A stretch of DNA of 64,000 nucleotides from an archaeon. GTDB taxonomy: Archaea > Nanobdellota > Nanobdellia > Woesearchaeales > UBA9642. How positions within the stretch are numbered: the stretch's first letter is position 1; each line of letters begins with the position of its first letter. The position numbers and the translations under genes are program-made. Positions 8,741 through 17,917 of this stretch are shown one piece after another. The stretch lies in assembly GCA_020057295.1 (NCBI GenBank), contig JAGVGF010000005.1, forward strand, positions 60,357 to 124,356, read 5' to 3'. The notes under the pieces were generated by a model. The model was not told where the DNA came from and ran no database searches. It was given only the letters and a program-made list of their open reading frames with translations.

Positions 8741-10589
8741 AAAAGTTTTCTGTATTCTTATCTAAGAAATAAACATAACAACCTTTCATTCCTCTTGTTA
8801 GTAATACTCTATAAACATTTTTTATAAATCTTGTAAATTCTTCATCAGAAGCTTTTTTTACCATACTATCGGCAGAATTTTCTTTTTTACCAATCCATTC
8901 GCTTTTTTCTGGATTATAAACTAAGTCTCTTCCAAATATTACTCCAACATATTCAAATTCAAATCCTTGTATAGTATAGATGCTTCCACATTGGCTTACA
9001 CCGTTAGGATCATAAGCCCATAAAGATGCCTTTACAACTCCAGGAGCTACCTTTTTAGAATCGCTCTTAGCTTCCCAAGTCATTCTGAAATCTCCTATAA
9101 CAACATCTTCTACTAATGTTCCGTCTGGTTTCGTATCGCTCCATTGCCAACAAAATCCTGCAGCCATTCTTGCACTATTTGGTTTTTCTTTATTTTTTTC
9201 TTGTATTGCTTCATATAGTGCTTTAGGAGAATTAAATATTTTGAAATCCATTTTCTCACTTTTATCTAATATTCTATTAGCAGTTTCTCTAACACCTAAA
9301 GTATTATCAACCCATAGCAAATATCCGTCAGAACCGCTACATCTGAATTGCGTTTTAAGTTCAAATTCAAATATTTCAGCACCTAATTTCTCAGCGTGTT
9401 TTTTAATCATATCAGTGCTTCCTATCTCATCAGGTCTAACACCTTGATAATCATCAATAAAAAATATACATAGCTTTGCAACTTTTAATAATTCGTCTAT
9501 TTGAGGCAAGTCTGTTCTAAATTCTGCTTTAGTATATCTATTATTACTTGTTTTTCTTATTCTATGAGCTTCATCACATATAAGAACATCTAAGTCGTTC
9601 TCTTTAGCTGTCGCAAAACTATTAAAGTATTTGAATAAATTTGCAATTCTTGCACCAACAATTTTTCTTAATGTTGACGTGAATGCTGCAGAACCTGTTG
9701 CATGATAAACTTTATGACCTTTTTTTAGCAACTCCGCTAAAACATTTAGAGCTATAACAGATTTTCCAGTTCCTGGTCCACCTTGAACGATTATAACGGA
9801 TTTTTTATTTAATGAAGCAATCTTTTTCGCACGGTCTACAATGGTATTGTATGCTGTTATCTGTTCATCAATCAATGTAAATGCTTGATTGCCTTCCATT
9901 GTGCTTCTTGTATGTTCTAATAATTTTTTAGAAGGAGTTATAGGACTATTAGAGAATCTATTAAATATATCTAAACCTTTACCTTTCTCTAATTTTTCTT
10001 TTAGGTATTCTCCTAATTGACTAAAATCTTCTTTTGCGAAAAGTGGAAAATCTTTTAGTATATCTTGAAATTTTTGCCTGAATAGAACAGCATCTCCATC
10101 TCTAGAATAATTGTGGCAATATGCGCAAGAGTATAAATCCATTCCTTGTTCTTCGAATACCTGTATGAAATCTTTTAGGAAGAAATGATATCCTCTTACT
10201 TGAATACAAGGATGTGGTTCCATCCTTTTAGCTCCGCCAACAAATGTTAAAATATTGCCTTCTATTTCTGAATCATCAACCGATGACCATTGTTTTAGTT
10301 CTATAACAACAACATTGTCTTCGCTATCTCTACCTTTACCAAAAAGTAAACAATCAATTCTATTTGTAGAGTATGGTATTTCATACTCTAAGATAATCAT
10401 ATTATCTAATAATGCGTTTTCCTGAATTGCGCTTTTTACAAATTGTAAAGAATTATTCCAAGAAGTATATTCTCCAGGAGAAACTTGCCTGCCATAATAA
10501 TCATGAAAAGATCTCTTTAATTTTTCCGCTATTTGATTTTGAACAGTATCTTCTATAAATTGTTTAGACGTTCCTGCGTATAATCTCAT
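8718..10589 (-). CDS. DUF2075-type (Schlafen group 3-like) nuclease-helicase
   Basis: N-terminal PD-(D/E)xK-like region (RIDCLL...VIELKQW), Walker A GGPGTGKS, Walker B ICDEAHR, QFRC, IYTIQGFEF, YRVLLTRG. Confidence 0.88.
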   Translation of the reverse strand: MRLYAGTSKQFIEDTVQNQIAEKLKRSFHDYYGRQVSPGEYTSWNNSLQFVKSAIQENALLDNMIILEYEIPYSTNRIDCLLFGKGRDSEDNVVVIELKQWSSVDDSEIEGNILTFVGGAKRMEPHPCIQVRGYHFFLKDFIQVFEEQGMDLYSCAYCHNYSRDGDAVLFRQKFQDILKDFPLFAKEDFSQLGEYLKEKLEKGKGLDIFNRFSNSPITPSKKLLEHTRSTMEGNQAFTLIDEQITAYNTIVDRAKKIASLNKKSVIIVQGGPGTGKSVIALNVLAELLKKGHKVYHATGSAAFTSTLRKIVGARIANLFKYFNSFATAKENDLDVLICDEAHRIRKTSNNRYTKAEFRTDLPQIDELLKVAKLCIFFIDDYQGVRPDEIGSTDMIKKHAEKLGAEIFEFELKTQFRCSGSDGYLLWVDNTLGVRETANRILDKSEKMDFKIFNSPKALYEAIQEKNKEKPNSARMAAGFCWQWSDTKPDGTLVEDVVIGDFRMTWEAKSDSKKVAPGVVKASLWAYDPNGVSQCGSIYTIQGFEFEYVGVIFGRDLVYNPEKSEWIGKKENSADSMVKKASDEEFTRFIKNVYRVLLTRGMKGCYVYFLDKNTENFFTSRIEF

Positions 10590-10948
10590 TGTTCGTTATA
10601 TTTCTTTCCAGAACCTTTGAATTTTTCTATAGGGTATTTCTCGTGATTCTCTCTCATCTTAGTTTCTAACGCTTTTGTTAAATCCACATCGTACCTATCT
10701 GACATTCTTAGTAAGAAGTAGAAAACATCAGCCATTTCATCTTCTATTTTTTGTCTCTTTTCTTTGTCTGTGAACATCTCATCTACTTCTTTATCTTTTT
10801 TCCACCTAAAATGTTCTAAAAGTTCAGAAGCTTCTATATTCATAGCTATTGCTAATTCTTTAGCATTATGAAATTGGTCCCAATCTCTCTCATCACAGAA
10901 TTTCTTTATCTTCTCTTTCAATTCTTGAATGTTTGTTGAGTTGTCCAT
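10586..10948 (-). CDS. MazG-like nucleotide pyrophosphohydrolase (dCTPase-like)
   Basis: ERDWDQFHNAKELAIAMNIEASELLE...EDEMADV...KYP. ATGA overlap with the helicase. Confidence 0.9.
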   Translation of the reverse strand: MDNSTNIQELKEKIKKFCDERDWDQFHNAKELAIAMNIEASELLEHFRWKKDKEVDEMFTDKEKRQKIEDEMADVFYFLLRMSDRYDVDLTKALETKMRENHEKYPIEKFKGSGKKYNEQ

Positions 10949-10996
10949 CAGGATAACACAAGCATTGTTCTTTATATTGTTATCGATTGTATTTGC

Positions 10997-11659
10997 CTAG
11001 AATTTATCACACAACTCTTTAATTGCAACGGTCCAAAATGGGAGTTGATAGTTAATATCCGAAACTTCCACATTGGAAAGATAATCATGAGCAGCCGAAT
11101 CACATAAAAACTTAATTCCAGATAATTCTTTGACTGTTTTGGGTAACAAAATTGGAACTCCCTTAATCTTTTCTTGCGAACATAAGTTTAACATATCGGT
11201 CAATCCTATAAAAGAGTTTCCGTCTTTTAGTAATTCTATTTTATTATTTTTAGCAAAAACATAAAAAATAGATTTTTCTAATATTTTTCTCAAGAGAAAA
11301 GCTGCAGAAGTACCGCAATCATACTTTATAGCGGTATGCAATTCTCGCACCTCTTGTCTAAATTTATCTCCCAGTTTACTGATAGTTACCTCTGAAAGCA
11401 CTTTATTTAATTCACCAATTTCCTGCGCTCTTATTTTTATTTGCGGTGGTTCTTTTTGAGAGAAACTAACCCGCCCAGTCACCGTCTTTCTAGATAAAAT
11501 GCCTTTTTTGGCAGCATTAGCCATAGAAAACAAAACTAATTGATCGCTGAAATTAAATCCGTCTCTTTTTAATTTTTCTTGGACATCTCTGACTGTTTTC
11601 CAATCACTAAAAAAACCTTCAGTATACAACATTTTAATTAATTCTATAACTGTAATCAT
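10997..11659 (-). CDS. winged-helix (EGFF type) plus HEPN/DUF4145-like protein
   Basis: N-terminal LYTEGFFSDWKT domain. C-terminal SAAFLLRKILE...KFLCDSAAHD resembles HEPN/DUF4145. Confidence 0.6.
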   Translation of the reverse strand: MITVIELIKMLYTEGFFSDWKTVRDVQEKLKRDGFNFSDQLVLFSMANAAKKGILSRKTVTGRVSFSQKEPPQIKIRAQEIGELNKVLSEVTISKLGDKFRQEVRELHTAIKYDCGTSAAFLLRKILEKSIFYVFAKNNKIELLKDGNSFIGLTDMLNLCSQEKIKGVPILLPKTVKELSGIKFLCDSAAHDYLSNVEVSDINYQLPFWTVAIKELCDKF

Positions 11660-12039
11660 TTCAAAAGTAGTTCTTTTATCTTCCTCAAATTATGATTAAG
11701 AACTATATATCCCTCTTTTTCTTTTTTGAGAAATTTATTATAATGTGTGCATAAAGCATTTTTAGCACTACTAATACTTATAAATGCTCCCTTACTTACT
11801 TCTGCTGGTCCGGATGGCTCCACAAAACCTTCAATTCCTCTCAATAAAATAGCTTTCTTACAAACTAAATAAATCAAAGCTTTTTTCATCTCATCTAACG
11901 AATTATATGCATCTTTAAACGAAATATTTCCTTGATTGTCGATAGTCACCAATGGTTTTAATATATCCACAACTAACTTCTTATCTTCAGTTTCGTTTTT
12001 TTCAACAAAAATTTCATCCAATTCATCAACTTTATTCAT
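11656..12039 (-). CDS. hypothetical winged-helix-like protein
   Basis: Start MNKVDELDE gives an ATGA overlap. GPAEVSKGAFISISSAKNAL is HTH-like, followed by a KEGYIV wing. Confidence 0.65.
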   Translation of the reverse strand: MNKVDELDEIFVEKNETEDKKLVVDILKPLVTIDNQGNISFKDAYNSLDEMKKALIYLVCKKAILLRGIEGFVEPSGPAEVSKGAFISISSAKNALCTHYNKFLKKEKEGYIVLNHNLRKIKELLLK

Positions 12040-12902
12040 TTTTTCTTCACATAGTTCCAAGTCTTATTCTTTTTTTCTCGAATCAATAAGCCTCTAGCTT
12101 TTGTTAGTGTCTGTCTAATGTATGCATCAATGTCTTGTCGCCTATTAAAAAATGTTCTTTTATTCAATTCATCACGAACATCGGTTATTGTTTTAAAAGT
12201 ATCGAAAAAACCTTCGTTATAAAGCGTATCTATTTCTTTAGGCATCCCGGAATTGGTAGATTTACCTCGAGAAACTGAAGGGGTGCTCTCAGCGGATATT
12301 TTCTCTCCAGACAAAATTTTCTTAATGTATTCGACTCCCTTATTATATCCATCAATAGTCAACTTATATGAGGTGTTTGTGCTTCCTTTCTTACCTGATT
12401 TATGAATAATAAACTGAGAATATTTTTTTAAGTTTGTGCTTAAATTAACAAGTGATTTAATGCCTTTCGATTTTGCCATATCTCTCAGATCTGCAGAATT
12501 TAATTCTCTTTCATCAAATGCTATTTTTTTTAAAGTCAGAATTAGTATAGTAAACATCAGATGCTCCTCGGCACTACTTCCCATAGAGATAGGACACAAG
12601 ATTTCGAAATTGGTTCCGTTCACTTCGAAATAATCTTCAATTTTCTCAGGAGATACATTAAATTTTTTACTAAGAATTGTAATTGAATTGGACAAATCTC
12701 TCTTTTTTTGAATAAGAGCATTCTTTTTAAAACCTGACAAAACATGTTCCGAAGGTTTAGATTCGACATTAGATGTTTTTTCTCCGATTATTAAACTATT
12801 GAGAACAATTTCGTATGTTTTTTCTCTCTGCTGCAAGTCTTTTATGTCTGAAACCGATTCTTTTGCAATTCCGATAAATTCCTTAATCTTTTCGCTATTC
12901 AT
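12036..12902 (-). CDS. hypothetical protein with two winged-helix-like domains (C-terminal EGFF type)
   Basis: Central wHTH-like region ending YKLTIDG. C-terminal LYNEGFFDTFKT...WNYVKK. Confidence 0.7.
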   Translation of the reverse strand: MNSEKIKEFIGIAKESVSDIKDLQQREKTYEIVLNSLIIGEKTSNVESKPSEHVLSGFKKNALIQKKRDLSNSITILSKKFNVSPEKIEDYFEVNGTNFEILCPISMGSSAEEHLMFTILILTLKKIAFDERELNSADLRDMAKSKGIKSLVNLSTNLKKYSQFIIHKSGKKGSTNTSYKLTIDGYNKGVEYIKKILSGEKISAESTPSVSRGKSTNSGMPKEIDTLYNEGFFDTFKTITDVRDELNKRTFFNRRQDIDAYIRQTLTKARGLLIREKKNKTWNYVKKK

Positions 12903-13264
12903 CGTTTAACGTACACCCATTTTAGATTTTCTTTTAAGCGGCCAAGCTCTCTATTTTGTATCAATCGAACAAGAGTTGGCTGAATTGATGTAATAGGATA
13001 AATGAGAGTTTTTCTTGCCAATTCATTCTTTATCTGTACCAAATCTTTAGGTTTATCAAAAAAACCTTCTTCCTTGAGTTCCCTCACATAATCTGTTAAT
13101 CCGGATTTAGTTTTCATTTTAGATTTTTTTATATCCTTAGGAACAGTTCGTTCGATGTGAGGTTCTTGATGATTTATCGCTTTTATTATTTTAGCTATTT
13201 CGTCTTCATTACCGTCAATAGTAATTTTTGTACCATTTGTTGTTTCAATATTTGCCTTTGCCAT
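12899..13264 (-). CDS. hypothetical protein with EGFF winged-helix-like domain
   Basis: LKEEGFFDKPK...KWVYVKR. First gene of a coupled operon, with TTTATATA about 35 bp upstream. Confidence 0.7.
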   Translation of the reverse strand: MAKANIETTNGTKITIDGNEDEIAKIIKAINHQEPHIERTVPKDIKKSKMKTKSGLTDYVRELKEEGFFDKPKDLVQIKNELARKTLIYPITSIQPTLVRLIQNRELGRLKENLKWVYVKR

Positions 13265-13501
13265 AATATACCTTAAAAGTTGGAAACGAATACCAGTATA
13301 TAAACTTTTCGATAAGATGTATTATCTATAGATTCATCTTAGTGTCATGTCATATATCCTATTTATATAATACGTATATATTAATCCAACCTATTTCTAT
13401 TATTTCGAGCACAAAACCACTGGACACCCATGCCTAAGGTATTTAAAGCAGTCATTAGCTTTAAAAACATGGATACTGTCACATTGATTGCTGAGGAGTA
13501 T

Positions 13502-15769
13502 ATGAAGAAGGACAGAGTTGTTAATTATCTTATGGACTTTACACCTAGACTCTATCAGGAGTCTATTTTCAGTACGTGTACGAATAATAATACTATGGTT
13601 GTTCTCCCAACAGGAGTAGGAAAAACTGCGATTTTTCTTATGATGGCAGCATACAGGTTAAGTATGTATCCTAAATCTAAAATTCTATTATTAGGACCAA
13701 CAAGACCGTTAATTGAACAGTATGCTGAAGTTTTTAAGAAACATTTCAATCTAGAAGCTGCTAAAATGACTATATTTACAGGATTTGTCAGTCCAGAAAA
13801 GAGAGCAGAATTATGGAAGACAAGTCAGATTATCTTTTCCACTCCTCAAGGTTTAGAAAATGATATCTTATCAAATAAGATTGATATCTCTGATATTTCA
13901 TTATTAGGATTTGACGAGTCTCATAGAGCAACTGGCGAATACTCGTACAATTTTGTTGCTAAACAATATATTAAACGTGCACTTCATCCAAGAATATTAG
14001 CGTTAACAGCCTCCCCTGGAACTGATCATGAAACTATTAATGAAGTCTGTAAGAATTTATTTATTGAAAAAATAGAAGTTAGAACAACAACTGACGAGGA
14101 TGTCAAGCCGTACATTAAAGATGTTGACATAAAAAAAGTTTTTGTTGAACTTCCAGATGAATTTATTGATATTAAAAAATATCTTGATGCATCTTATAAG
14201 TCTAAATTTGTTGAATTAAAAAATTTAGGATTCACAACTGAAGGAGTAAAATATTCTAAAAGAAATATTCTTGGAATGCAAGCAGAAATACATGCAAAAA
14301 TAGCACAGGGAGAACGTGATTTTGAAACATTAAAAGCACTCAGTCTTTTAGCAGAAGTGATTAAGATTCATCATGCAATAGAACTTGTTGAAACACAAGG
14401 TCTAGACTCGTTAAAAGAATATATGGATAAATTACAGAGTGAAGCACGAACTGGAAAAACAAAGGCAAGTATTAATTTAGCGCGAGATATTAATTTTAGG
14501 AGTGCATACGTAAAACTCGAAAAAGTTGTGGGAAAATTTGAACATCCAAAACTTACTGAATTAAAAAAGATAGTTACAGAAGAACTCGATAAAAATAATT
14601 CAGAAAATATAAAAAAGAAAATTATTATTTTTTCACAGTATAGAGATTCTGGAAGTAAGATTACAAAAGAATTAAACGCATTAGGATTTAAAACAAAGTT
14701 GTTCGTAGGTCAAGCAAAGAAGAAAGATACAGGTTTAAGTCAAAAAAAGCAAAAGGAAATGTTAGAAGAATTTACGAATACTGATTTTAATGTTTTAGTT
14801 TCAAGCTCTGTTGGGGAAGAAGGGCTAGACATCCCCCAGGTTGATCTAGTCATCTTCTACGAGCCAGTTCCAAGTGCAATAAGAAAAATACAGCGTTCAG
14901 GAAGAACAGGAAGATTAGATGATGGAAGAATCATAATGCTTATTACTAAAGATACTGTTGATGAAGTATATTATCATGTTGCACGAAATAAGGAAAAGAG
15001 AATGTATAGAACCATAGGCGAGATAACTAAGAATTATAGTACGAGTAAGCAGAAAGATAATGATGGCAATCAAGTTGCTAAAACGTTAATGGATTTTGAA
15101 GAAAAAGTGGAAGAGCAAAAACCGAAGACTAACAAGTTAAGAATCATTGCAGATTATCGTGAGAAAGGATCTAATGTTCTAAAAGAATTATTTGATAAGA
15201 CAGAATTAGGTTTAGAAAAATTAGATATAGGAGATTTTCTACTCAGCTCACGTGTTATTGTTGAATATAAGACTGTTCAAGATTTCGTTGATTCAATTAT
15301 AGATGGAAGACTTTTAACTCAATTAAGAGAATTAAAGAAATATGAAAGACCGCTTATTATTGTTGAAGGAACTGAAGATATCTATAATGTAAGAAAGATA
15401 CATCCAAATAGTATTAGAGGAATGATTGCAACAATTACAGTTTCATACGGTATTCCATTAATTCAGACCAGGAATAGTAAAGATACTGCAGAATATTTGA
15501 TGGCAATAGCAAAGCGTGAACAGGATGAAGGAAAATCTGAAGTTCAACATCATTACAATAAGCCAATGTCAGTTAAAGAACAACAAGAATATTTTATCAG
15601 CGCTTTACCAAATATTGGAATGGGGGGCGCTAGACCGTTATTAAAACATTTCAAGAATGTAAAAAATATAATCAATGCATCTGAAGAAGACTTAAAGAAA
15701 GTTGACTTGATTGGTCCTAAGAAGTCTAAGACGTTAAAAGATATATTCGACAAGGATTGGGAAGAATAA
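13502..15769 (+). CDS. hef: Hef/FANCM-like SF2 helicase fused to an ERCC4 (XPF) nuclease with HhH domain
   Basis: PRLYQE, LPTGVGKT, DESH, LTASPG, GEEGLDIP, QRSGRTGR, then GDFLLS..VEYKT and HhH. Start could be 13430, 13502 or 13532. Confidence 0.93.
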   Translation: MKKDRVVNYLMDFTPRLYQESIFSTCTNNNTMVVLPTGVGKTAIFLMMAAYRLSMYPKSKILLLGPTRPLIEQYAEVFKKHFNLEAAKMTIFTGFVSPEKRAELWKTSQIIFSTPQGLENDILSNKIDISDISLLGFDESHRATGEYSYNFVAKQYIKRALHPRILALTASPGTDHETINEVCKNLFIEKIEVRTTTDEDVKPYIKDVDIKKVFVELPDEFIDIKKYLDASYKSKFVELKNLGFTTEGVKYSKRNILGMQAEIHAKIAQGERDFETLKALSLLAEVIKIHHAIELVETQGLDSLKEYMDKLQSEARTGKTKASINLARDINFRSAYVKLEKVVGKFEHPKLTELKKIVTEELDKNNSENIKKKIIIFSQYRDSGSKITKELNALGFKTKLFVGQAKKKDTGLSQKKQKEMLEEFTNTDFNVLVSSSVGEEGLDIPQVDLVIFYEPVPSAIRKIQRSGRTGRLDDGRIIMLITKDTVDEVYYHVARNKEKRMYRTIGEITKNYSTSKQKDNDGNQVAKTLMDFEEKVEEQKPKTNKLRIIADYREKGSNVLKELFDKTELGLEKLDIGDFLLSSRVIVEYKTVQDFVDSIIDGRLLTQLRELKKYERPLIIVEGTEDIYNVRKIHPNSIRGMIATITVSYGIPLIQTRNSKDTAEYLMAIAKREQDEGKSEVQHHYNKPMSVKEQQEYFISALPNIGMGGARPLLKHFKNVKNIINASEEDLKKVDLIGPKKSKTLKDIFDKDWEE

Positions 15770-15796
15770 ATCTTCGGAATTCTCGTAAACTTTGCG
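15764..15796 (-). promoter_or_regulatory. tandem quasi-palindromic site, copy 3 (inverted)
   Basis: Reverse complement reads CGCAAAGTTTACG-agaattc-CGAAGATTTATTC. Lies upstream of the second relE. Confidence 0.45.
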
Positions 15797-15843
15797 ATTT
15801 TTATTGAGAACGAGATATAAAGAGTCGCATATTCTATTAGTAG

Positions 15844-16158
15844 ATGTATAATATTTACAAGACAGAATTATTCGATAAAAAATTCAAGAAACTTATCCCA
15901 CTAAACAGGCAAGAGGATATTTTACGAAGAATAGAAAATCTCGCAAATAATCCTTATGCCGGAAAACCTTTAGGCTACTCGTTCATAAGAGAGATGAAAT
16001 TGGACAAGTATAGAGTATATTATGCTGTATTTGAAAGAGAACTTGTGGTTTTAGTAATGACTGTAAGTGATAAGAAAGAACAGCAAAAAGAGATAGATAA
16101 AATCAAAGAGAAAGGAGCCTTACAAACATACTTCAAAAAATCCGTAAAATTTAAATAA
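15844..16158 (+). CDS. RelE/ParE family toxin
   Basis: YKTELFDKKFKKL...NPYAGKPLGYSFIREMKLDKYRVYY. Confidence 0.8.
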   Translation: MYNIYKTELFDKKFKKLIPLNRQEDILRRIENLANNPYAGKPLGYSFIREMKLDKYRVYYAVFERELVVLVMTVSDKKEQQKEIDKIKEKGALQTYFKKSVKFK

Positions 16159-16178
16159 TTCGGCGAGGTAACATCACT

Positions 16179-16286
16179 ATGAAGCGAAAAGAAGTACTAA
16201 TAGAAGAACAGAACAAACTATTAAAAGAATTAGTAGAGGGAATGGAAGATATAAAAGCTGGAAGAATAAAACCCTTAAGAGAATAA
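16179..16286 (+). CDS. putative 35-aa minimal antitoxin, absent from the ORF track
   Basis: GAGGT RBS, then MKRKEVLIEEQNKLLKELVEGMEDIKAGRIKPLRE*. EDIKAGR resembles antitoxin C-terminal toxin-binding helices. Confidence 0.65.
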   Translation: MKRKEVLIEEQNKLLKELVEGMEDIKAGRIKPLRE

Positions 16287-16330
16287 TTTTTTATAAGTAA
16301 ATTAATAAATACTTTAATTCTTAAGTTATT

Positions 16331-16999
16331 ATGGATATATTGAAACAATATGACGGAATAATTGGAAAAAAATATATTTCTCAACAAAAACAATTCTTTA
16401 GTAGTCGAAAAGATAGAGCAACTAATGCAATGCAAAAGTTATTGCCAAATATTAAAGGAAAAATTGTTCTAGATATTGGATGCGGTTCTGGCAGAGACAT
16501 AATACTTTACGAAAGTCTTGGAGCTAAAGAATGCTGGGGCATAGATACATCAAAATATATGATTAAAGAAGCAAAAAAGAACATTACACATCCTGAACGT
16601 GCAATTTTATCTAACATAGAAAAAACTTCATTCAAAAATAAACAGTTCGACGTAGTTGCAGCAAGATTCTCGATGCATTATCTGAAAAATTTTGAAAAGG
16701 CATATAAGGAAATATCAAGAATACTTAAACCAAAAGGAGTATTAGTTATGGCTGTTGATCATCCGATACGCGAGCTAGCATCAAAGAAAAAAGCATATAA
16801 AGTTCAGGAAATAATTCATATAGGATTATATCATGGTAAAGTAGATCTTAAATTCCCAACACACACCGTTGATGAATATTTTTCTCCAACATTTTTCAAA
16901 TATTTTTATCTAGATGGTTTTTTAGAGGATAGAGATTATGAAAGTTCCAATCCAAAGAAGACAGCGGATTTTATGACTATAAAAGCTATAAGAAGATAA
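16331..16999 (+). CDS. class I SAM-dependent methyltransferase
   Basis: VLDIGCGSG, WGIDTS, FDVV, RILKPKG. Confidence 0.9.
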   Translation: MDILKQYDGIIGKKYISQQKQFFSSRKDRATNAMQKLLPNIKGKIVLDIGCGSGRDIILYESLGAKECWGIDTSKYMIKEAKKNITHPERAILSNIEKTSFKNKQFDVVAARFSMHYLKNFEKAYKEISRILKPKGVLVMAVDHPIRELASKKKAYKVQEIIHIGLYHGKVDLKFPTHTVDEYFSPTFFKYFYLDGFLEDRDYESSNPKKTADFMTIKAIRR

Positions 17000-17587
17000 T
17001 TATTTCTTCGTTATCTTTCTATATATTTCGTTTACATCACGATATAGTTTAGAATCTTCAAGTCTTGTAAAATCTTCATCATTATTGATTAAGAAATCTG
17101 CATGAACTAGACACATTCCTACTTGTTGACCGTCTAAAGGTTCATTAAAGCCGCGATCACGTGCATCATCTATTACAAACTTGTCATGATCTATCAAGTC
17201 TGAATCTACATTTCTCTTCTTTATACGTGCCCATCGAATTTCGAATGGTGCATCAACTCCGATTAATACAAAGTTTGAATGTTCTCTTAAATAATCTGCT
17301 TCACCCATATTTCTTAAACTTTCAATTATTAATGGAGAATCATACGATTTATACTTATCTAAAGCTTTTTGCATCCAATATCCTTGACCAAACTGTTTTC
17401 TACGCAAATTACCAATATCCTGCATAGTTTTTCTTGTTAATGCAATATTATCTTTTATTAATTCTTCTCTGATTAATTCTCTTATAGAAACATGATGCAT
17501 ACCTTTAGATTTTAATATTTCAGTAACTATGCCTTTCCCTGCTAGAAGTGTTCCTGTCAATCCGATTACTAACTTTCCAGTATTCAT
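17000..17587 (-). CDS. P-loop nucleotide kinase (dephospho-CoA kinase-like, archaeal type)
   Basis: VIGLTGTLLAGKG, IESLRN..E, DAPFEIR..R, ADFLINND. Confidence 0.75.
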   Translation of the reverse strand: MNTGKLVIGLTGTLLAGKGIVTEILKSKGMHHVSIRELIREELIKDNIALTRKTMQDIGNLRRKQFGQGYWMQKALDKYKSYDSPLIIESLRNMGEADYLREHSNFVLIGVDAPFEIRWARIKKRNVDSDLIDHDKFVIDDARDRGFNEPLDGQQVGMCLVHADFLINNDEDFTRLEDSKLYRDVNEIYRKITKK

Positions 17588-17588
17588 T

Positions 17589-17801
17589 TTAATGTTTCTT
17601 TGCAGCAAGCCTTACATCTTCAGCCTTGATAGTCTTTCGACCAGCATGTACTGAAAATTCTGCAGCAACTTTTGCAAGTTCGATGCCTTTCTCTTCTAAA
17701 TATTCACGCAAAACTTCCTTTGCAGGCTCGCTTACACGAATATCTGCTGAACCCTTTTTCAGAATTTTTTCCATAGCCGCTAACGGTAGAATTTTATTCA
17801 T
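17589..17801 (-). CDS. archaeal histone (HMf-like)
   Basis: LPLAAMEKILK...RVSEPA...HAGRKTIKAEDV. Confidence 0.95.
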   Translation of the reverse strand: MNKILPLAAMEKILKKGSADIRVSEPAKEVLREYLEEKGIELAKVAAEFSVHAGRKTIKAEDVRLAAKKH

Positions 17802-17917
17802 AAAATATCACCCACACGAATAAGAATTCAGTAATGTTGTTGTATATAAAGTTTTTTACTAATCCATAAAACATATAAATAACACAGTCTATAGAGGTAA
17901 TAGTTTCGGGTGATATT

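Noticed and set aside
16151-16435. 94-aa minus-strand ORF
   Set aside because: It is antisense to the mini-antitoxin and the methyltransferase start, both of which are better supported.
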